A stretch of DNA of 64,000 nucleotides from Amphiscolops sp. MND2022 (lineage: Eukaryota), in the NCBI GenBank assembly GCA_964187785.1, contig OZ076412.1, positions 55,614,001 through 55,678,000 on the forward strand, read 5' to 3'. The notes beneath the pieces were generated by a model, which ran no database searches, was not told the DNA's origin, and saw only the letters and a program-made list of their open reading frames with translations. The translations under genes and the position numbers were made by a program. Below are positions 12,913 to 26,000 of the stretch, in pieces. The first letter of the stretch is position 1, and every line of letters starts with the position of its first letter.

Positions 12913-15226
12913 CAGTGGAACTACCCCATGAGCTGCGGGAAACAGCTAACGAATGTGAAATCTTGTCAGACGACTACAAAATAACTCTCCAAGAATGATT
13001 TGGAAACCAAACCTGGACATCATATCTTTCAAAACGGACCTACCTGCTGTGACAGTACTCACCAAACGCAGTCTATTGTCAACTACAGCCAAATTGTACG
13101 ACGCAATGGGTTGGCTGCCTCCCATCATCATCGTGTTCAAAATTCTACTTTAGCAATTTCGGTTGACAGGAGTCAAGTTGGGACGAGCTCGTTCTCGAAC
13201 CGATCAAGCATAAGTTTTTACAGTACTTTTCTGAGCTGATAAAGGTGGCTCAAATCACAATGCTGCGTGCAATTGTAAAAAATGCAATTCAAGACTTTCA
13301 ACACCATGTTTTCTGCGATGCTTCAGAGAAAGCATATGCTGCCGTCATCTTTGCTCGTACCACTGATGTCTTTGGAAGTATGAGTTCACATTTGATCACT
13401 TCAAAAACGAAGGTTGCCCCAGTGAAGGTTAACTCAATGCCTCGTCTTGAGCTTTGTGGTGCACACTTAGCTGCAAAATTGCTTGAAGCTACCAAGTCAA
13501 CTCTTCAGATAACTGGTCTAGAACAATCTTTCCACGCATGGACATACTCCACCATCATTCTCCAGTGGTTATCGCAACTCCCTCGAACTTGGACCCCAAT
13601 TGTAGCTAACAGAGTTTCCTACATATAGGAAATTATCAAAAGAGATAGCTGGAATCGTGTTCCAACAAATGACAACCCAGCAGATCTGTCCTCAAGGGGA
13701 CTCTCAGTTGAAGATACCGTTAACTCTCGCCTTTGGTGGTCTGGCCCTGAATGGCTACCACACCAAAAGTGTTATTGGCCTCAACTAGATGTACACTTTT
13801 CATCTCTGTTACCAGAGAAAAATGATCTGCAAGAAACTTCCAAGGCCAAAAACAGAACATCTACTCCTGTAGAAGTTACGACACTCACAAGCAGTCAAAG
13901 ACTCAATTCAAGTTTTCACGTTCTGCCGACTGAAAAATTCAGCAGCTTCAATAAGCTCATCAACGTCGTCAGCAACGTCATACGGTTCATCAATGCGTTG
14001 AGAACAAGAATCGACGGTCATACTCCACAACTAGCAGAAACTGAAATTCGTAGAATTGCAATTGCAAAGATCATTAGACAAGATCAGATACAAACGTTCC
14101 CAGATGAGTACGCAACATTGCAAAGGCATGCTGAATTGACACGATAATCCCCTCTCCTCAACCTGTCACCCTCTCATGACGAAGAACTTGATGTCATTCG
14201 TGTTGGAGGTCGTCTCGCACAATCAAGTTTGCATGAAGACAAAAAGTTTCCCTATCTGATTGCCAAGGATTCACCGCTAAACGAGCTTCTAATTCGTCCT
14301 TATCATGAAAGTTCACTTCATGGGGGAGGCCTATTAACTCTCAATACAATGAGAGAACAATTCTGGCTGGTTAACGGAAGAAAAACGGTAAATAATTTCA
14401 TCAAGAATTGTGTCAAATATTTCCGTTTCAAATCGAAGTTTACTCCTCAACTAATAGCTGACCCACCTAGCGAACGCGTGACCCCAGCTAGGGCGTTTTC
14501 TACCTGCGGAATAGCTTTCGCTGGACCTTTCAATGACAAGGACAAGAAACATCCCAAGATCTATATCGCTGTTTTTATTTGCCTAGTCACAAAAGCCATT
14601 CAATTGGAATTAGTTTCAAGACTATGGAAGCAACTTCATTGGCTAGAAAAGATTTCCTACGAGTTCAAGCACTTCTTAATGAAGAAACCGCTGATGGTAA
14701 ACAACTTCTTACGAGACACTTGACAGGTCAAAGCACTGGATGGGTTACGATACCCCATCGAGCACCACACTTCGGTGGTATATGTGAGGCCGCTGTAAAG
14801 AGCATGAAGGGACATTTGAGACGCATACTCAGACTTCAAACTTTGGAATATGAAGAACTCCTGACAATTCTCCAGCAAATTGAAGCAATCTTAAACTCAA
14901 GGTAACTCTTTCCCATGTCCGATGACCCCAATGACTGCCGAGCTATAACTCCCGCACACTTCATCATTGGAGACTCGCTACTTTCAATATCCAGAGAAGA
15001 CATAGATAAATCTGCTGGACAGAGAATAAAACTCCTTCAACGAATTCAACAAGATTTCTGGAAGTCTTGGCGCAGGGACTACCTTGTGGAATTTCAAATA
15101 CGAAAGAAATGGTTTCGCACTGGACCTTGTATAAACGTGGGCGACCTTCTTCTGGTTGCTGAAGATAACGAAGCCCCACAGGTGTGGAAACTTGCCAGAA
15201 TCTCGGGACTATTTGGAGGAAATGAT

Positions 15227-15705
15227 AACAAGACGGAAACGTCTCAAGTCGGCGCTATATCTATGGCTCAAAAAGCGCAAAACATTTTTTTGGAAAAAAA
15301 ATGAAATTTTCGAAAAAAAAAATTCTTTCGGAAAACGACGCACAGTGCCGAAAAATGTAAAAAAGGGACCCTTTTGATTTATAAACACGCATTCTCTAGA
15401 AAAAGAACAAAAAAACTCAAGGGGTTGACCCTTCGGGGACATTAAAAAAATTTCAAAAAAAATCACACAGTGCCAAAAAAAATTGAAAGGGGGACCCTTT
15501 AGTCCGGGCTTGTTGGTAACGTTTAAAAAGTAAAACACCAAAGGGGGGATCCTTTGGAATAATTTACATGCGTTTCTCTGGTATTCAGTTTCCTTTAGTT
15601 GAACGTTAACGTTCGTCGCTTCGAGTCTGTCTTAAATTAAAAAAAGACAAAAAAAAACAAGTGACTGTTAGTCGGGCTCTTTTATTCATAAAAGCACTGA
15701 CTAAA
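15227..15705 (+). mobile_element. HINE-like repeat copy interrupting the BEL integrase end
   Basis: AACAAGACGGAAACGTCTCAAGTCGGCGC at the 5' end; GGGGGACCC units; 3' TAGTCGGGCTC...GCACTGACTA. Confidence 0.7.
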
Positions 15706-15869
15706 AAGGGTAGCAGAGATCAAAACGTCAAGGAAAACTATCAACCGACCTATAATTAAACTCAGAAAGCATCAACAATTTTGATTTCTAATTCCCTTGC
15801 GTGGTTTATATCTTATTACCAATTATTGATATTTTGTTAGTTTTACTTTATTTTTCAGTGCTTTTAATG

Positions 15870-17480
15870 TTATCGAGTGAAATCAAACCTTCGAAGCATT
15901 GATTATCATCTGTCTCGTGATAACATAGAGAAACTGGACGCAACCGTGTTCTTGCGTACTGCTCAGAAAAACCATCGAAAATTTTCAGCGCTTAACAAAG
16001 TAAAGAAGTAAAGAAGTACATTTGACCCATTACATTTTGTCACTTGGCCTAATTTTTTTCAGTCAAATGTCAAGGGTAACGGTCATTTGGCTTGAAGCCT
16101 TTTGGTGTAAAGTCATTAATGAGAAAACGCGTGACAGACTTTGTCGAAACCTATCCTATAACGTAGTTAGGTATGTTCACATACTCCTAGTTGTTAATGG
16201 CAGGATGAAGCGGAGCGACGTGTCATATCGCCATGCCTCAATGTTGCTACTTGGCGAAATTAGGGAAGCAACTAAGCAATACAACAAAGATGCTGACCTC
16301 TTCAATTAAATTCTAAACTTCTTTTTTGGACCTTCTAATTATTCCGTTAAAACTTCAAGTCCGTTTTTGTCTTCAATGACTTGTTCTCAGCAATTGCTTC
16401 AGTAGGAAAAGACTTGGCTGAGTTTTGTGGTCATTTGGCTTGAACTTCTATGCCAAACGACTCGAGGAAAAAATTGAGTCCTATGACATTGTACCGATTG
16501 ACTTGTAACCTAAAAAAACTAGTGATTTCTGGTGTCACGCTAAATAAAACTGACTCAAGAAGCAGAAGTTGGGATCTCTCGACTTGCTGATCTCTCGTAT
16601 CATTATACAGAGAAACTGGGCGCAATCACGTTCCATCATACTGCTCAGAACAAAAATTGAAAAATTTCAAATCCCGACAAAGTAATGTCGAGTTTCAGTG
16701 GTTGGATGTCGCTCCCTGTAAAACCCTGGGCCTGACATTTGATGATCAGCAGATGAGGCATTTCATTCCTCAAGGCCTCGGAGCCAAAATCTGTGTAGCG
16801 AACATATGTCTTTGTGGTGGAACTGTCGAAAAGATTGTTTAGACACTCTTCCTTAAAGTCATTTGGTCTAAAGTCACTTCGTTTATTACACTTGGTCACT
16901 TGGCCTAAATTTTTAACCAAACGTCTTGGGTACGTGATTACTTAGCAATAGCATTTGTCTGAAAATCACTAAGTTGGAAACTTGAAGAAACTTTTGTCGA
17001 AATGAATACTTAAACATAGTCAGCTATGTTCATAGAACGAATGTACCCTAAATGCAGGAGCAAAGAGAAACAGAGCGACGTTCCAAGTGGTCACGCATCA
17101 ATGTTGCTTTTTGACAAGGGAGCGAAGCAACAGATCCATACAACAAACATGCTAACCATTTCGTAACATTTTTCATTTCTTGAACATTTCGTTAAACAAT
17201 CAAATTAGCTTCATTCTTCCATAGGTTGTTTTTAGCCTTTGCTTGAGTTAGAATGTATTAATCATAAGTTTGTGCTCCTTTGGCCTAAAAATTTATGTGG
17301 ATTGACTCCACGAAAAACTTAAAAACAAATGACATTGAATCAAATGACATCTAATTTGAAAAATTGAGTCTTTTCTCGTGTCACGCCAATTGAAACACTT
17401 ATGAAGCAGACAATGGGATATCTCGATTTGCCTTCAATTCTAGAATGTCGTCAAATGTAACAAACCGACGGCAAGCACCC
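15870..17480. repeat. Old diverged tandem/segmental repeat with a period of about 0.7-0.9 kb
   Basis: Shared blocks: AGAGAAACTGG(A/G)CGCAA..TACTGCTCAGAA at 15928 and 16610; CTTGGCCTAA at 16042 and 16900; GAGCGACGT..TCAATGTTGCT at 16212 and 17074; AAAAATTGAGTC at 16469 and 17359. Confidence 0.6.
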
Positions 17481-18225
17481 AGACGGTCTTTCCAAGATTC
17501 CTTCTCTTTGAGACTACATGGACCGTTCAACCCAGCACGTTAGAGTTGGGAACACTAAATCTCACCAGTTAGAAATCACAAGTGCTCCAAGTATCTCTCG
17601 TGGGTATCTTGTTATTCTGTATTTCAAAAAATGACCTCCCAGAGTCACTGAAATTTGGTGATCCTTACATGTTTGCCGATGATCTAAAAACATTAGCTGA
17701 TGCGATGACACGAGAGCAAATACAATCCGACTTGGGAGCTATCTTGAACTGGGTTAGCACCAATGGAATGAGCTTGGGTCCGGACATTTGCTACAAAACT
17801 GAGTTCAGAGGTACAAAATATCAAAAAAGCGTCAGTACTATCAGTTTTGAGGAGACAGAAGAAGTCAAAGACCTAAGTATCTTCGTGAAAAGAAATCTCA
17901 ACTGGTCCGCTCATGCTAGCAGAAGGTTGAAAAAGACTACAATGTTTTACTCTCCCTCAGGTGGAACATCGCCTACATTGGTAAATCCAACTTTAAGCTG
18001 ATCCTGTACAAATCGCTTGTACTTCCTTTTGTCTCCTAAGGACTTTTTTGTGCAAAACAATTGAAAGCCGCCATGAACGCTCTAGAGAATTTTCAGAAGA
18101 AAGCTTTGAAATGGATGACGGGCAACAAACAGACTTGTTATGCCAACTGTTTGAGGTTACTGAACATTTTGCTGGCACCAATGATTTTGCAGGTGACTGA
18201 TTTCCCACTTTTTTCGTCGTTTGCT
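17480..18225 (+). mobile_element. 5'-truncated, decayed non-LTR retrotransposon RT fragment (CR1/L2/Jockey-like)
   Basis: NDLPESLKFGDPYMFADDLK, QSDLGAILNW and VKDLSIFVKRNLNWSAH motifs with frameshifts. Confidence 0.8.
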
Positions 18226-18226
18226 A

Positions 18227-21132
18227 TTATTATTATTATTATTAAAAGACTCAATTCACAATTAAGGAATTACAATAGTAATGATTATGAATGATTATGA
18301 ACGGCAAGTCTTACAAAAACATTTTATATAGAACGAGCAAGAGTTATTCAAGCTAAAAGACTGCAATTTATTTTCAAAGTAGGCATCGAGACGCTTAACA
18401 AAAAGGCAATAAGGCATTTCAAAGTTGATAACACCTAATCTAATAAGTTCATTAGAAGCGCGTTTTGAACGGGGGAAGAAGCCATCGTTCGTTTTGAATT
18501 TATGGTTATGTTTGAGTTCAAATAGTTTTAGAGTGCCAGATCGTGTACAGCTGGATTTGTAGGTGAAATCATGCGGAATAATCACTCTCTTGTTGATGAT
18601 TTTCCATAGTAGTAAAATGTCGATTCTTTGTACCTGGAAACAAATTGGCAACAGCTTTAGTGATACAAGAGAGGATACATAATCATTTGAACGAAACACC
18701 CATTTCACAGCTCTACTGTTAAATTTTTCCAATTTTCTAAGGCCTTCAATAGAAGCACACCAACATGGTGAGGCATATAGTAGAATAGAAATTATGCAGG
18801 ACTGATATAATTGCTTTTTGCGTTGAATTGATATCCCAAAAGGTAAGTTTCGTCTAAGAAAGTTGAGAACACGAGTGCATTTTGCAATTTGGCAATCAAT
18901 ATGAAGACCCCAGTTTAAATTTTTATCTATGGTAAGGCCGAGATCAACCACATTTTGAGCTTCTTTAAGGGGAGTTCCTTGCAATACGAGATTGTATTTT
19001 CCCGAGTTAAATGGTAAATAGAGACATTTCGTTGGATGGAAATGCTGACCATTAACTTCGGACCATGATGATAGGCTGTTAATATCGCATTGAATGAATT
19101 CGGAGATGGATAATGAATACAATTTGAAATCATCGCAAAACATAAAGTAATGACTATAATTTACTTCATCGGGAAGGTCATTAACAAAAATAACGAAAAA
19201 CAGAGGGCCCAGTACGCTACCTTGAGGAACCCCAGAAGTCACATCAATTACATCAGAGAGCATACCATTGACCTTTACACATTGCTTCCGATTTGTGAGA
19301 TAGGATGTGATAAGTTCAATAAATGCGTTATCAAAGCCAAATAATTGCAGTTTATAAATAAGAACATGGTGAGGAACAGTATCAAAGGCCTTTTTAACGT
19401 CAAAATAGACGCTAACAGATGGGGTATTGTTATCAATTGATTTGTAGACATGGTCTAAATAAGAAACAAGTTGGCTAACAGTATTTCTATGCTTCATGAA
19501 GCCATATTGCTGAGCTTTGATGAAATGACACACCCGAGGATAAATAAAATCAAATAGAAGTCTTTCACAAACTAAGGACAGTTTTGGCAAATTGCTAATA
19601 GGACGATAATTCGTGACATCATTAGTGGAACCACTCTTGTGGAGAGGGGTAACAAAAGCAATTTTCCAGCAGTCAGGCCATTTTCTACTTGAAAAAAGAT
19701 AATGAAATAATTCTATAACAGCTGGTGCAAGTAAATTGAAGCAATTGTTTAGGACGAAGGATGGTAATTCGTCGCAACCTATTGAGCTACTGTCCGGACA
19801 TTTGCGAAGCAGGGCTTCTACATTAGCTAAAGAAAAATTTACGTCATTAAGGCAGAGTGATTGGGTGCCTAATTGGTTTTGAGCATACAGTGATTTAGGG
19901 CTAAATGTAGACCCGAAAAATTTGTTGAATAAGTTGGCTTTTTCGTAGTCTGTAGAGGCTGAAACATCTTTGAATTTCATAATTGATGGTATATGACTAC
20001 CATTTTTAAGAGAACGAATAAGTTTAAAGCAGCTATTCGGCGAGTCCAGATTTAGTTTGTCAGCAAAACAAAGCTTATCAAGTTCAATTGAATCATTTAT
20101 CTCCTGGGACAAAAACTTTTGCTTGTTTGCAAGGGCAGAGTTGAAGGGATGACGTGACATTTTTCTGTTGTTTGTCCGGCTTTGATTAAGGAGATGCATT
20201 GTATGAGATGAAAAGTAGAAGGGAGCATTGATTCGACGTGACCGTTTTGTAGCAATTGATAGAGATACTGCATTTTTAACAAGCCCATACCAAGAAGAAA
20301 TGAAATCAGGGTTCTGAGTAGAGTAACTGGTGAACAGATTGTACAGAGGGTCGAGATGCTGCGAAAATATGTCAGGTCTAAAAGTGTTTTTAGAGATAGA
20401 ACAGGTAGAGGGCTCCCAAATATTAGATTGTTCAACTTGAAAAAGAACAGGGTAATGATCAGAAAATCGAGTATTGTAAACTGAATAGCAGAGTTCGTCA
20501 CATGTGGAAAAAAGGAGGTCAAGAGTGTTTCCCTTAATATGAGTAGGTACAGTTATAAATTGATTCAGTCCAAGATCGGCAACCAGATCCAAAAATTCCA
20601 TGTCAGTAGACTGACTAGAAGATAGGTTAACCCAATTAATCTTTGGAAGGTTAAAGTCACCAACAACGTAAATTACATATGGGATATTAGTACCACGTTT
20701 TTCACGAAAGGATGTGAAAATTTTATAGTATTCATGCAAGCAATTAGACAGAGTAGGCAAAGCAACTTGAAATTTTGGCGTTTGCGGATTGTAAATAACA
20801 ATAAAATAATTCAGACAATGATCGTCAATAATAACGCAGCCGCCTGAAAAGTGATAGCGTTAAATAGATAAATTCACAATTTTGTGAAACAATGATAAAG
20901 AGGATGCAGTCAAGAGTCCACCATGTTCACCTGATTCCCTTTCATTTCTGTTGACAACTTTGAAATTATTACCGAGGAAGATTTCTGTTTCGGGTATATC
21001 GGATGTAAGCCAGGTTTCAGTAAGGAACATTAGGGAAATATTTTCAGTAAACACCAGTGAAAGTAACGCTTGTCGTTTTTCAAGAGAACAAATTGATTGG
21101 CAGTTCAGTATAAGACAATTTACCTTATCCAG
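18227..21132 (-). mobile_element. Nearly intact LINE ORF2 (APE endonuclease + RT; CR1/L2 superclade) with (AAT)n 3' tail
   Basis: One reading frame 21132 to 18295 with a single in-frame TAA at 20860-20862. EN motifs ILNCQSI, FLTETWL, VGDFNLP, LDLLF, SDHYPV. RT motifs YRPISNLP, YFDVKKAFDTVPH, GVPQGSVLGPLFF, FCDD. (AAT)6 tail at 18227-18244. Confidence 0.93.
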
Positions 21133-21289
21133 TCATGCACTTTCAACTTCAACCTTTTCACCTTGGTAGAAGAGTTGTAGTTTCTTGATTTTAAATTGGG
21201 ATTTAGGAAGCCTAAATTGGGCTAGAGGAAACCTGGCCGACAATCTGAACTCACATACCAAAATGACTTGCAGCGCACGCAGACCCATG

Positions 21290-21720
21290 AACTAGAGTGT
21301 ACGCCTTTGATCTAATTGCTTGGGTCTAATGGAATGGGTGGCTGTAAATAGGTCGAATTTTTCTGGTCGAAAGGACAGAGGTCGAACTTTTTGATCGAAT
21401 TGCAGGGATCGAATGGAATGCTGTCGAATTTTATCGTATTTGTTGTATGGCTCGGTCGCTTCGCTCCCTTCGCCAAGTAGCAACATTGAGGCATAGCCAT
21501 ATGGCACGTCGCTTCGCTCCTGCATTCAGGGCACTAGGGGTATGTGAACATATCTGACTACGTTAGAAAGTTTCGATCCGAGTTGTTTCGATCCCATTCA
21601 AAATTTTGGTATGTCGACCTGAGGGTTAACTATGATTTTCGATCGCGTTCCTTCGACCTACTTCCGCCCACCTTAATGGAATTAGATCTAACTGTTAGGT
21701 CTAACTTTCAGATCTCATTT
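21290..21720 (-). repeat. Interspersed repeat related to the 16150-16300 and 17010-17150 blocks, with internal GTCGAA/TTCGA repeats
   Basis: The reverse complement of 21470-21560 (GTTCACATAC..GAGCGAAGCGACGTGCCATATGGCTATGCCTCAATGTTGCTACTTGGCGAA) matches 16175-16260. Confidence 0.6.
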
Positions 21721-22577
21721 TATCTAAAATACATAGGTCTAACCCTTTTATGATCTAAGATGTGTTCTGAAAGCGAAAATATAATGTGAGGCATATGCGA
21801 TGTATGCACGCTCGCCCTCACCGTCGCAAAGACCAGCTCCCACTGCGATCGCTTCGCGATCTCCGTTCCCGCTAGGTCTTTGCTCCTGTTCGACCTCGCT
21901 TAGCAAGGTGGGAATATAAGCGGCCCCAAGGGGCCGCGGGGCACTAGAGAAAAGGGGACAAATCCGAGGCACGTTTTATATTTCATATCACTTTTTAGTT
22001 TTACATCCTTATTTGACTTATTTTTTTCTCAAATTAGATCAAATTAGAAGAGATTTTTAGACCTGATTATTTAGATCAATTTATTTAGATCTCAGTTTTG
22101 CCCCCTCTCTTAGATCTATTTCATTAGACCTGATTCCACGTAGCCGTAGAAACATGGGACGAAGATGTTAGAAAAAAATTGGGAGACATTCCATCAGCGA
22201 AAGCTGAAATTCCGCATCAATAACAAGACGATCAATGAGCTGGCAGTTTTTTGAAGCATTGGATCTCAATGGCTCTTCAGATGGGCATTGCGGCCTGTGT
22301 TCTAGGAACTGTGAGCGACAGAGATGCCTCTGAAGAAATTTATCACTTGTAGTCAATTTTTTACCTTTATATCATTGCAGCTTTTTTGAAGCTTCTTTCT
22401 ACAAGTCGACTGGGATAGTGGCCGGTATGAGTAGTTTGTTGGTTTTTCGGTGTTTCTGGTCTACTGGGATAGTGGCTGGTATGGGGTTTCCCCCTTTCGT
22501 AAATTCATGATATCTGATAGTTGAAAGAAAAAATATTTATATTTTAACTTTGATGGAAACTCCCCCCCAAAAGTCTT

Positions 22578-23026
22578 TAGTCGGCGCCTTTTCCCTTAAG
22601 GAAAAAAGCCCGACTGATACAGTGGGTAGTTTTTTTTCAGCCTACAATCTCACTCTGAATGGTCCACTTTTCTTACAATTCTTACAATCTTATAAGTTTT
22701 ACAATTCTTACTTAGCTTACGAATTAGTATTTTTATATCTAAGAATTTCAACGGGGCCAAAGGGTACTCCCTTAGAGTATTTTCGGCTTTGTGAGACTTT
22801 TTTTCGAAAAAAAATCTCACCAAAGGGTCCCCGTTAATTTTTTGATATTTTCCGACAGAATGGATGCTGAAAAATCCCAAAGGGCCCCCCTTTGTTTTTT
22901 ATCGGCATTGTGAGACTTTTTCAATTTTTTTTCATAAAAGGGTCCCCAATTCTTCGACATTTTGAAGTCCTTTTGCTAGTTTTGAGCCTTAGGTACGGCG
23001 CCGACTTGGGTCGTTCCCGGCTTGTT
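22578..23026 (-). mobile_element. HINE-like repeat copy (minus strand) immediately upstream of the PARG-like gene
   Basis: TAGTCGGCGCCTTTT..AAAAAGCCCGACT hairpin at 22578; GGCGCCGACTTGGGTCGTTCCCGGCTTGTT at 22997-23026 is the reverse complement of the family 5' end. Confidence 0.72.
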
Positions 23027-23092
23027 ACTACTACTAGATGCAAATTTTCGAGCGTTTCGTTCTGAATGAACCCGTGCAATTTTAGAATTTTA

Positions 23093-26000
23093 ATGTCGCA
23101 GGATGCTCAGCTTTTCAGCTTACCATTTTTGAAACCGTGGTGGAGAAAAGCGAAGCAGGTTCTACTACGGTTGTTTGAAGCTAATACAGTTGATAGATTA
23201 CGTCGTCGACTGCATATACTAAGTCAATGCGGAATTCCTCATCTCAACAGAGACCCATTTGGCAATCTATGTACGTATTTGGAAGATTCGATCCCTCTTG
23301 CTGATCAAATTCACTTCCTTGAAAAAGTTTTCCCGACTATTCTATACTTGGTCCTCAATTTAGAAGAGCATCCTGAAGAATGGAGCGCCCTTACATGCCT
23401 GATGAGGAATCGAGGTAGCGAAGTGATTGTACGCAGACTTACCATTGCTTCGCTGTTGTCGACATCTTTTCTTTGTCTATTGCCTCAACAGTCACTCTGG
23501 CATCAAGAAATTCCGTACAATTTTGAACCTTTGTATCTAAATCTTCACACTGAGACTGCGCGAGAGAAATTAAAGTGCTTCATCAATTACTTCGATGTTC
23601 TTAGTCAGCAAATCCCCAATAATTCATATCTCGGTGCTGTCAAAATCACCCGACGTGTCCTGCCAGGTTGGTGTGCGTTACGCACAGACTTGCTTGAGGA
23701 CTCCAACAGAAATTTGTCGTAAGTGTACTTTCTCTGATTAAAGACAAAATATATATCTTTATTGTGAAAGAGAAAAAGCAATGTGTTGCAAAGAAGCTTT
23801 TCGATCATTTATGAGATCATCTTCAGTTTATCTAAAAAACAACAAGAGTATACAACATAAAATAAAGATATCTATCGTTAGCCATCCAAAGATTTCTTTT
23901 CAGGTCTTTCAAAGTGTGCAGAAATTCGAAATTGGAAGAATTCCCTAACGATGTTCTAAAGATAGGACAAATTTCCCGGGTCTTGGGACATCATGTATGG
24001 GAGCCTAACTGTACACCGGAGGACGTTTTGGTCTGTAGATCACCAGAAATACTTGGATGTTCATTCCTCTGTGAAGCGTTAGCGGATTCCGAAGCCCTTG
24101 AATTTAGTGGATGTAGTGCATTCTCCCAGACAAAAGGGGTGTCTTCATCTTTCGAGTTTGTTGCCCCAGTGACGCGCCAAACAAACATGAACTACTCACA
24201 TTTATGCGCAATCGATGCAATCAATTTCCAGGTAACTTGATGATCTTTTGTTGTCTCTTTGAAAACCTTACATGCCTATAAACAGTTTTCTTTGGTATAT
24301 AATACTTTATATAACTACAGCAATGTGCAGTTGTATTCATTTTGTTAACGGAAGCTTTTGAACTTTTAGTTTTTTTTCACACATGCTGATCACGACGTCT
24401 TAGAAGTTTGAAATGTTCACCAACAGTTGGCTTCGATCTCTCGTTTGTTGGTGGTGCTCTCAATTTCGTCGGGTTCTATTTTTAGGCAAGTGCTCCTAAT
24501 TTTGTCGGGTTCTATTTTATGAGGCTGTTTTAAGCGATGCAATCCACTGTATCCGTTTGTGTTGAGTTGGTTACACCTTTTGAAGTCTCATGTTGATCAA
24601 TAATCACCGTTTATTGTCAGCGATACATGGATAAGGCTCCATTTGGTTCGTATTTTTGTTGGTTTTACTGTCTTAGTCGAAAAACAGTTTTACGAACTTC
24701 GGCAAGATGCAAGCTTTTGTTTCAGGATCTCTGAAAGAGTAGAGCTTTCAGGAATGTTTGAATTTTTATTTCATGAAACAATGACTCCGCTTCCCCCTTT
24801 GAGCAACAACGAAGACTGACATCTAATATTGCGGGCGAAAACTTTGAAAGGGTACTATGTATTTTATCATGAAAGATATGCACACAGTGGATCCCGGATA
24901 TAAGAAACCCACTATAAAAATTACTCGCTTATAGTTAATTAGTATTCTGGCCACGCCTGCGAATTTAATTCCTTTTTAAACCCGTATATAAGAAACTTCG
25001 TTTTTGCGAACTTGAGGGTGCCCCCTTTTCGGTTTTCGGCACAGAAGTAAAAAATGACATTTTTGAACATGGGTTTCTTGATGCTTCGAAATATTGGACG
25101 TGGTTTTTGAGTTTGATGGGTCTCCCTTCAGGAGCTTCATTTGTGTACCCCTTTGTGTGTTCTCTTTTTCCGCGCTGTAAGTTTGTCTCAAAAATTTCAC
25201 AATAGTATCCCTTCGCATAATCAAAAGCTTTGCATTGTCCCCCGAACGGGTTGTTTACCTTTAATACGATCAGGATTTTTTTCATCCGAAGACAATTATG
25301 CTTAGAATTATTCAAGTGGAGTCGATTCTTCTGTTTTGCTGTAGTCGAGAAATGATTCAAAAGTGGCAATGAATGCATGAAAGTAGAATTACGACATTTT
25401 CTTATTATACTTTCTCTCAACTGAGTAGTAGTTGCAATCGACGTTTCGAGTCCACGCATTTGACCATGCATTTTTTAATGCTTGTTGTTTCGCCTTTTTG
25501 AGACTTTTTCGAAAATTTCATGGACAACTGTCATCCGGCACGGCGTCTTCTTCCATTGACACCAATATCTCCACTGCTTTGCGCCTCACCTTCGGTTGAA
25601 GCGTGATTCTGAAACCAAAAAGGACATGACTAATAATCTTAAGCTGTCAGTGTTATAAGTAGTGGGAACCAAAAATTGCGTTTATTCTTCTGTTTATTGC
25701 GCAATAAAATTGCTCTCAAAAAATTTTAATTGTCATCAAACTTTAATTTTCAAAAGAAAATTGCACTCATTAAAATCACTCATATGCAGCATTAACGTAA
25801 GCAATTACATTTTTCACGTTTTCACCAGCAAAATTTCGGCCATTTGCCAATATATATTTTTTTAATTTTGAGAATGAGCGTTCTATAATCGCATGGGATG
25901 AAGGACAATTCTGAAGAAACACATTGTTTCTGGGTCGCAGTCTTCTGTGGGTTCCACGACCTTCTTCAAATTGGGCATTTTATTCAAACGAGATTTGAGA

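Larger units (their letters stand above)
5770..15226 (+). mobile_element. Rearranged, pseudogenised BEL/Pao LTR retrotransposon (gag, Zn knuckle, PR, RT, RNase H, IN)
   Basis: DUF1759-type gag LKLSLPSFIGKYFEWTPFSDTF (about 6165); Zn knuckle CFNCLRPGQESKAC; protease-like AHLDSRSELT; RT DLYSIIMRF..ADIEELYRQV and FYVDDFLGG; RNase H HVFCDASEKAYAAVIF..SKTKVAP..PRLELCGA (13300-13470); IN PHRAPHFGGICEAAVKSMK; C-terminal FWKSWRRDYL. Truncated at 15227 by a HINE-like copy. Confidence 0.92.

Noticed and set aside
24965-25471. 168-aa minus-strand ORF with a PAN/apple-like CKAFDY..YCEI stretch nested in the PARG-like intron
   Set aside because: Its 3' half matches repeat-family sequence (compare 35200-35260 and 48400-48445), the Cys spacing is incomplete and no splice support was found.
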